Positions 55,307 to 64,000 of a stretch of 64,000 bases of DNA are shown piece by piece (within the stretch, counting starts at the first letter, position 1; each line of letters starts with the position of its first letter). Below the pieces are notes generated by a model. That model saw nothing but the letters and a program-made list of their open reading frames with translations. It was not told the DNA's origin and did not search any database. Origin of the DNA: Octopus vulgaris (taxonomy: Eukaryota); assembly GCA_951406725.2 (NCBI GenBank), contig OX597815.1, forward strand, positions 44,020,001-44,084,000, in the 5' to 3' direction. The position numbers and the translations under genes were made by a program.

Positions 55307-55564
55307 TTACCTCTGGATAACCTTGTTCCTTATTTTGATTTTAGTCACCTTACTTTGAAATTGTATGGATAATACCGTACTAAATTCTGGTGCCTCAACT
55401 TAAGTACCATGTTCATCTGAATCTAAATTTTTGCTGAACTCATCTACCATACCCAATATATAGATATATATGTACGTATGCATGTATGAATGTGTATATA
55501 TATGTATTGTGTATTTATGTATTGTGTATTTATATATATATGTCACGTGTGTAGATATGTATCA

Positions 55565-55596
<32 letters not shown>

Positions 55597-57239
55597 ATAT
55601 ATATGTATGTATGTATGTATATATATATATATATGTGTGTGTGTATATGTGCGTGTGTATATGTATGTACAGGTATATATATATATATATATACGTATCA
55701 ATCATTTAGAATATATACGTAAACATACATATGTGTGAGTGTGTGTATGTGTATAAATACAGACATGCATACATACAGACATACAATTAAAGATGTTTTT
55801 TTATATACCTATTCGTGCGTGCACGTGTGCGTGCGTAGGTGTGCTTGTACGTATTCTTGCGCAGATGCGTTTTAGAATCTAGCTACATAAAAAAGAAAAT
55901 GAGGGCCCTGAATGCTGTTGCCTTAAGCTCCTCTTATCATTACAGAAATTTGGAGATATTCTGTGTTGCTTGCCACCATCTAACTTCGCTCTTTCTGAGA
56001 ATCTGAGATATAAATGCAAAACTAAATTATTCAAGCAAATTAGCTAGTTGGAAAATATCTAAGGTCTTTTCTGTTTGCTTGCTAATTTTCAATCTTTTTA
56101 ATTTCTATTCAAATTGATTTCATATTCGGTGTAATGATGTAGTTTTATATGCTAATCAATGCCATGAAATTCATTTCGCCATAAATCAATAAATAGCTTT
56201 TAAAGTTTGCAAATTTTGAGCAATTTTAGCCAATCGTAAGCCACAGACTCATTCATACTTGTTTCCATAGTATCAAACCAAGCACGAGAACTCTTTTGTC
56301 TGCGAGAAAGCACGTGCTGATAAATATATTCTACTCATTGAGGTAGTCGTAAAATGTGCTAAAAATAACGGCCTTATAGGCCTTAAATCACGCACCCACA
56401 ATTTTTTTTTTTTTGCATATTCGTATGAATTCCCATGTGCAGAATACAAATTCGCAAAAAATTTCTGAAAATTCCCAAAAATAAGACAAGGTATGAGGGG
56501 TTATATGGCTTGCGTAAAGCAGAATTGGACCAATATTTCATCTGTTTACAGTTGATAAAACGTGCTGTCACGCACAAAATTATCAAACTTTTAACCTCTA
56601 GAATTTTTTTTTTCTGGAAAAAGTGAAATATCTCCTGAGATTTAACTTGGAAAATTACATTAATACACCAAATTCTTCAGTTTTTAATAAACTTTGAAGT
56701 TTTCGCAAGTACAGCCAAACAGAAAAGATCCAATCTCTACAAGAGATGAAAACAGTAACAATAGTGAGAAGTAATGTTTATCGTCACTTCAACATGGCTG
56801 TTATGCAAGCAAAACAGTGAATCTCTATCATCTTCCAGTCACGAGACCACCACACTGTACGGTTTCGAGCTGTTTGTAATCATCCTCGGTGGTAGATACT
56901 CGCCCATTAGAGACAGCTGTAGTTCACTCCATTTTTCAACTATTACTATATGATTCTATGGTCGCTCTGCTCAAAGATAGTGATAAGAGGCACAAAGGGA
57001 GAGAAAATGATTGAAATGAAGATATGTTGAATATAATAGTCTGTGGTTATTCATGTCCGCTATATTTTGTTCTAGACATCAAGCGCTTCAGCAAGCTTTT
57101 GATTTTTATTGTGTCTCTTTTAGAGCCTTATCAATTTAACACACGCACCGGTCTGATTTCCTCTCATTAACTTCTTTTTTTTTTTTACTAAATTTTCGTT
57201 GTATCTTGTAACCTTTTCAATAGTCGTTGACTCTATCTT

Positions 57240-58300
57240 CCATCTTTTACTTGTTTCAATCATTAGACTGCGGCCATACTGGGGCATCACCTTGGAACGT
57301 TTTCGTCGAATGAAAGGACCACAGCACATTCCTTTAAACCTGGTGGTACTTATTCTATCGGTCAACTTTGCCCAATCGTCAAGTTACAGACACAAAGATA
57401 CAAACATAAGCATGTGTGTGTGTGTGTTTGTGTGTGTACGCTACAGGCTTGTTTCAGTTTCCGTCAACCAAATTCCCTCACAAGGCTTTGGTCCACCCGC
57501 GGCTATAGCAGAAGACACACTTGCCGCGCAATGGGTTGAGCCGAACCCGGACGTGTGTGGCCGAGAAGTAAGATCCTTACCACACAGCCACGCACGCAAA
57601 CGGGTTTTTTTTAAGCAGAATGGGACAAAAAAAAAAAAAGAGATTAAAAATTGCAATGGAAGTAGCTTGCTAACCAACCACATGGTTCCGGGTTCAGTCC
57701 CACTGCGTGGCATCTTGGGCAGGTGTCTTCTGCTATAGCCCCGGGCCGACCAATGTCTTGTGAGTGGATTTGGTAGACGGAAACTGAAAGAAGCCTGTCG
57801 TATATATGTATGTGTGTGTATGTGTTTGTGTGTCTGTGTTTGTCCCCCTAGCATTGCTTGACAACCGATGCTGGTGTTTTTACGTCCCCGTCACTTAGCG
57901 GTTCGGCAAAAGAGATTGATAGAATAAGTACTGGGCTTCCAAAGAATAAGTCCCGGGGTCGATTTGCTCGACTAAAGACGGTGCTCCAGCATGGCCGCAG
58001 TCAAATGACTGAAACATGTAAAAGAGTAAACAGTAAAGAGAGAGATACACTCCCAAGCACATACAAACGCACACACGTGTGTGTGTGTGTGTGTGTTTGT
58101 CCCGTACTACCGCTTGACAACCGGTGTTCGTGTGTTTCCGGCGAGTAACTTAATGATTCGGCAATCGATTGAATAAATACAAGGCTTTAAAAATAAACAT
58201 AAGTCCTGGAGTCGATTTATTAAAAATAAAATCTATTCAAGGTGGTGTCCCTGCATAGCCGCAGTCTAATTAATTACTGAAATGAATAATAAAAAAAAAT
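57240..58300. mobile_element. Family B SINEs head-to-head (- strand 57240-57595; + strand 57660-58035, plus extra tail)
   Basis: Family B head, core and tail motifs on both strands. Confidence 0.85.
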
Positions 58301-58517
58301 GTGTTTATGTTAGAAATCTAACAACTATTTTATCTTTATTGCTTTAACTCTATCGTATCGACCTAGAAGTGAAATATGACAAAGCTGACCTTGTCTGGAT
58401 TTGAAATCTGAACTTAAAAGAGTCGGATAAAAAACGGCAAAACATTTTATCTGATATATTAACGCCTTCCCGAAAATTAAGCCCGTGTCTTACATTACAA
58501 GCAAATAATGCTGCTGC

Positions 58518-58548
<31 letters not shown>

Positions 58549-58549
58549 A

Positions 58550-59007
58550 AAAGAGGGCGGTTGATGGTAGAGAATCAGTAGAGCATTGAATAAAATAGTT
58601 TTTACTATTTACTCAAGGCCCTTTCCAGTTTGACATAAAATCCAGCTGAGATCGACGTTGCCTTTCATCTTTCCTCTATCGATTATATCAAGCATGAGCC
58701 GATTAGTGGGGTCGATCTAATTAACTTTAGTCTCCACCCTTCCCGTAAACTTTTTGGCCTTGCACGTGTCATCAGACAGAATCATTAGCACTTCAGACAA
58801 AATGTTTAGCGAGATTTCGTCCGTCCTTACGTTCTGAAGTCAAATTCCGCCTTGCCGAGCCAATAAAATAAGTACCAGTTGACTAATGAGGTCGATATAA
58901 TCGATTAGTCTCCTTCCCAAAATACATCAGGCTTTGTGCCTATTGTAGAAAGAACTAAAGCTTTGTGAGTGGATTTGGTAGACGGAAACTGAAAGAAGCT
59001 CATCGTA

Positions 59008-59072
<65 letters not shown>

Positions 59073-59290
59073 TTGTGTGTCTGTGTTTGTCCCCCAGCAT
59101 CGCTTGATAACCGATGCTGGTGTGTTTACGTCCCCGTAACTCAGCGGTTCGGCAAAAGAGACCGATAGAGTAAGTACTAGGCTTACAAAGAATAAGTCCT
59201 GGAGTCGATTTGCTCGACTAAAGGCGGTGCTCCAGCATGGCCGCAGTCAAATGACTGAAACAAGTAAAAGAGTAAAAGAGTAAAGAGTAA
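58550..59290 (+). mobile_element. Decayed family A copies followed by a 5'-truncated family B SINE (58960-59290)
   Basis: Shared family motifs; tail (gtaaaaga)n. Confidence 0.8.
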
Positions 59291-59352
59291 ATATATCCTA
59301 AGCAAAAATTTTTTCAGTGACCCTAAAATACTATTGTGGATACCCAATTTAC

Positions 59353-59772
59353 GGATCTTTTCGGTTTGAACGGCAGTTTTTTCTAGCGGTGTCATATGAA
59401 ATTGTCACCTATAATTATGACCCTAGTATCGATCTATTGCATTTCAATCTGTTTTAGGGTTAGGGTTAGGTTTTGGTGGGGGGAAGGATATCTTTTTTTC
59501 TTAACAAATGTAAATAAACCCAATCTGTTTCTTAAACGAGGGACATATTCATACGGCACAGAATGTTTTTTACTTCAATAGACGTCAGTGATTGGTTGAA
59601 ATTGCAGAAATTGAAGAAAAAAACAACAAATATCTTACAAACTATAGAAGTTTCTCAATTATGCCAAGAGAAAAAGATGTTGTATAAACACATTCTCCCA
59701 GTATACGAACTTTGAAATTGTTTAGTTACCTAGAAATTATGTTAAAAACTGCCGTTCAAACCGAAAAGATCT
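59353..59772. mobile_element. Second copy of the Merlin-like MITE, opposite orientation
   Basis: Same TIRs; TSD caatttac at 59345-59352 and 59773-59780; internal ttagggttagggttagg. Confidence 0.88.
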
Positions 59773-60684
59773 CAATTTACTATTTTGTTGCAGCCCCACA
59801 AAATGTTATATGGACAGTCACTGGTTGAGAACCACTACTCTAAACTCTGCTAGTAAGTCGTATATGATCGTAGTTCGTCCACTACCCTGCCTACTACCTA
59901 TCATCAAAATCTGACGCGATTAAAATTTGGCTGCTTGATGGTTCCAGATGCCTGTTGAGGTATTATATTCAATTCGGTCTAAATTCTTCGAATAACTTAG
60001 CACAGCTGCCAAATAAGTTGCCAGTTGTTTTGTAGTGACTTTTGTGTATGCGTTTGTGTATATATATGTGTGTGTGTGTGTGTGCGTGTGTACACGCGCG
60101 CGAAAGAATCTTATGCGTGTGAGTGTGTGTACGTGTGTGTCCTACATGTATGAGTGTCTGCATATATGTGTTTGTATTTGTATGTGTATGTTTCTGTGAG
60201 TATATGTGTGTGAGCGTGTGTGTGGGTATGTATGTGTGCATTTCTGTGAGTACACGTGTGTGCGCTCGCATATGTGGGTGCGTATGCGTTCAAGGGTTGT
60301 TTGTGTATGCGCGGGGTGTCAGTCTGAGCGTGTGTGTGTATGTGTGTGTGTGTGTGTGTGTTTGTGTGTGTGCGCGCGTGCGCGTGTTTGCGTCTGTTCC
60401 TGAATATGATTGTGTTTGTGCACGCATGTGTGTGTGTGTGTGTGTGTGGAAAGGCACGCGTTTGTAAGTATACTGGGTTTAAAACTGCGTGCATTTGTGC
60501 AAGTATATAGGTGTGCATAGTATATGTGCAAGCATGTGAATGTATGTATATGTGTAAGTCTCTGTGTGTATCTGGTTGTCTGCCTATATATGTGTGTGCG
60601 CGTGTGTGCGTGTGTGTCTGAGTGTGTAGAAAGAGACATGTGTGTATATTGTACCTGTTGCTTTTTTATTATTATTTTATAGAA

Positions 60685-60715
<31 letters not shown>

Positions 60716-60993
60716 AAGAACAAACTTACTTAGAAATGGATGCGTGCGTTCCGTCATATAATAAATAAAATAAAACATATGCATATATACATATATGCAC
60801 GTACCTACCTCTACATGTATATATACATGCATATACCAAAAAACGTCGCACACAATGAGAAACGAAAATATGAACACAAAACCAAGGAAATTTACATTTT
60901 TCTTAAACAACGAAAAAATAGAGTACATGACATACAATACAATGAAAATTCCCCTTCTTCAGTCGCCTCTGTTTCATCTACTCCGCGTTTCAA

Positions 60994-61024
<31 letters not shown>

Positions 61025-61077
61025 AAACTTTCAAACACTAAGATTTGAAATAAGTTGTCACTACTGTTAATATCATC

Positions 61078-61488
61078 TACTCTTTTCCTTGTTTCAGTCA
61101 GTTGACTGCGGCCATGCGGAAGCACCGCCTTTAGTCGAGCAAATCGAGCCCAGGACTTATTCTTTGTAAGCCTAATACTTATTCTATCGGTCTTCTTTGC
61201 CGAACCACTAAGTTACGGGGACGTAAATACACCAGCATCGGTTGTCAAACGATGTGGTAGTGGGGACAAACATAGACACACAAACATATACACACACATA
61301 CATATACATATATACATATATACACGACGGGCTTCTTTTCAGTTTCCGTCTACCAAATCCACTCACAAGGCTTTGGTCGGCCGGAAGCTATAGTAGAAGA
61401 CACTTGCCCAAGGTGCCACACAGAGGGTCTGAAGCCAGAACCATGTGGTTTGTAAGCAAGCTACTTACCACACAGCCACTCCTGCGCC
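61078..61488 (-). mobile_element. Full-length family B SINE
   Basis: Matches 39311-39743 throughout. Confidence 0.9.
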
Positions 61489-61954
61489 TATCTGTGGATA
61501 AAATTTAAAGCTGATGGTATCAACAGTAGTAACATAGGTGATCCTCAGGCAAATAGCATTATTTAGCTATTTGCACGAAGCGTGTTTTTGGCGCAAAACA
61601 AAACCAGTACCCAAGCGGAGTTTATTGTGACAGCCTTAAATTTTTACTCGGTAGTCCATACTGAAGAAGCTCAAGGATTAAATTTCCAAAAGCCGAAATC
61701 CGGGTATGTGGATGTCCTAAACTGCATAATCTTTTTATAGTTGTGCTTTTAAATGTATTAATTCTTTTCGTTTTCCACGCCTAGTGTTATTTCTCGGTGG
61801 TTTAATTAAGACTTTAGCTATTATTTCTAACACGTGTACGCTTTTATGCATCCTTACGCTTCGTGCAAATTTATATATATATATACATACATACATACAT
61901 ACATACATACATACATACATACATACATACATACATACATACATACATACATAC

Positions 61955-62398
61955 ATGGTGGCTGCCCCCTCGTTATCGAGTATGACCATTGCACGAAGCT
62001 TAATCAATGTTGTTATCGTGCAATGCCTGTGCAAGAAGTTTTTTTTTTAAAGTGAGGAAAGGCTGTGCACTGAGTTAATCCCACTCACTAAGCAACAGCA
62101 GCCATAATCCGGAAAGAAGAACAAGTCAACATCATCGGTAACCACTGAGCCACATATATTATGTTGGAGTTATCCCAGTTACCTGAGTTACCTTCTCCTA
62201 GGAGGAAGCCCTAACAAAGGCTAGGAGTCCTTCACTCCCAATGGTTTAACCGAGCGATCGGGTATTCAGTCCAATTATTTCTATGTCCCTGCGCATGATA
62301 CAACCTTAAGACATTCATTGGATGGCCGTTGTCTCTCAAGAGTTCCTCCGCCCTTTGACGGGTTTTGTCTTTCATCTCGCAGTAGCACTCGAATGTGA

Positions 62399-62400
<2 letters not shown>
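61955..62400 (-). mobile_element. Probable non-autonomous RTE-derived element (related decayed copy at ~32190-32520)
   Basis: Shared terminus gctgccccctcgttatcgagtatgaccat vs gctgtcaactcgtagtcaagtataaccat; ccttctcctag..ccctaacaaaggctaggag resembles RTE 5' UTRs. Confidence 0.45.
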
Positions 62401-62441
<41 letters not shown>

Positions 62442-62504
62442 ATACATATATATATATATATATAGATATGTATATCTATGTATATCTATTTTTATTCATT
62501 TATG

Positions 62505-63008
62505 TGTTTCAGTCATTTGACTGCGGCCATGCTAGAGCACCGTCATGAAGTGCTTTTGTCGAATAATTCGAACTCCAAGACTTATTTTTAAGCCTACTAT
62601 TTATTCTAGCAGTCTCTTTGCCGCTTCTCAAGCGATGGTAGAGGGGGACAAACACGTACGCATAAATCTGTACAGGGTCACGAATGGCTGTGTGGATGGG
62701 CGCAGGATTGGCTGTGTGGATGGGTGCAGAAGTGGTTGTGTGGTAAGAAGCTTGCTTCCCAACCACATGGTTCCGGGTTCAGACCCACTGCGTAGCACCT
62801 AGGTCAAGTGTCTTCTACTATAGCCTCGGACCAACCAAAACCTTGTGAGTGGATTTGGTAGACGGAAACTGAAAGAAGCTCGTCGTATATATATATATAC
62901 ACACATACATACACACATACATACACACATACATACACACATACATACATACATACATACATACATACATACATACATACATACATACATACATACATAC
63001 ATACATGA

Positions 63009-63064
<56 letters not shown>

Positions 63065-63566
63065 GTATGTATGTATTTGTGTGTCTGTGCTGGTCGCTTG
63101 ACAACCGACTCATGGTCTGTTTCCGTTCCCATAATCTAACTGTTCGGCAAAAGAGGCCAAAACAATAAGTACTAGGCTTACAAAGAATAAGCCCTAGTAC
63201 GACAGGCTTCTTTCAGTTTCCGTCTACGAAATCCTCACAAGGCTTTGGCCGGCCCGAGGCTTTAGGAGATGAAAAACTTATGTGATGCATCAGTATGTGT
63301 TGCAGCCCACTATATTCTTTTATGCTTTTATTTGTTTCACTCTTTTTGACTGTGGCCATGCGGGAGCCCCACTTTGAAGGATTTTAGTCGAATGAATCGA
63401 CCCCAGGGCTTGTTATCTTAAGCCTAGAACTTATTCTATCATTCGTTTTTGCTGAACCGTAAGTTACGTGGACGTAAAGGTACCAAGGCTGGTTTTCATG
63501 CGGTGATGGAGGAATATAGAAACAAAGACACACACACACTCATCACACATACACACACATACCCCC

Positions 63567-63640
<74 letters not shown>

Positions 63641-63965
63641 ATATATAATAGACCTTTATATAAATAACGTGAAATACACGAAGAGACGAACAAAAAGACA
63701 AACGGGTCATTCAAGCCTTCATTCTTCAGTCAGAAACTGATCCCTCATCGCAGATTTCGGCTGTTTAATTCTGAGATCCGCTATACACACACTCACGACG
63801 GGCTACTTTGAGTTTCCGGCAACCAAATCCACTCACAAGGCTTTGATCGACCCGGGGCTATAGTAAAAGACACCTGCCCAAGGTGTCACACAGTGGGACT
63901 GAACCCGGAACCATGTGGTTGGGAAGCAAGCTTCTTACCACACAGTCACAAGTCACATCCTCGCC
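62505..63965. mobile_element. Cluster of family B SINE copies in both orientations
   Basis: Family B head, core and tail motifs at 62505-62650(-), 62690-63200(+), 63200-63260(-) and 63320-63965(-). Confidence 0.8.
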
Positions 63966-64000
63966 TATATGTAGAAAATTTCATGAAAACAATATCCGTT

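Overview
Eukaryotic, AT-rich, microsatellite-dense DNA with no confidently identifiable host protein-coding gene. Nearly all ORFs in the track are microsatellite or repeat artefacts. The repeat repertoire resembles an octopus or other coleoid cephalopod genome (inference from the SINE types). The window is dominated by (1) several tRNA-headed SINE families (Meta-domain-like, CORE-like, and a third modular family), (2) decayed non-LTR retrotransposon fragments (Tx1/L1, RTE, CR1/L2-group, R4/Dong, Penelope-like), (3) DNA-transposon MITEs, and (4) a 100-N assembly gap. The most striking signal is about a dozen type I hammerhead ribozyme (HHR) motifs of several unrelated sequence families. Two are fully canonical (51102-51167 and 55220-55306). 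Several sit in fold-back or tandem non-coding units, including a ~1 kb palindrome built from a ~500-bp HHR-bearing monomer (retrozyme or non-autonomous Penelope-like) and a tRNA-headed SINE-like element with an HHR tail. All structures were read by eye; no folding or database search was run, and repeat boundaries are approximate.
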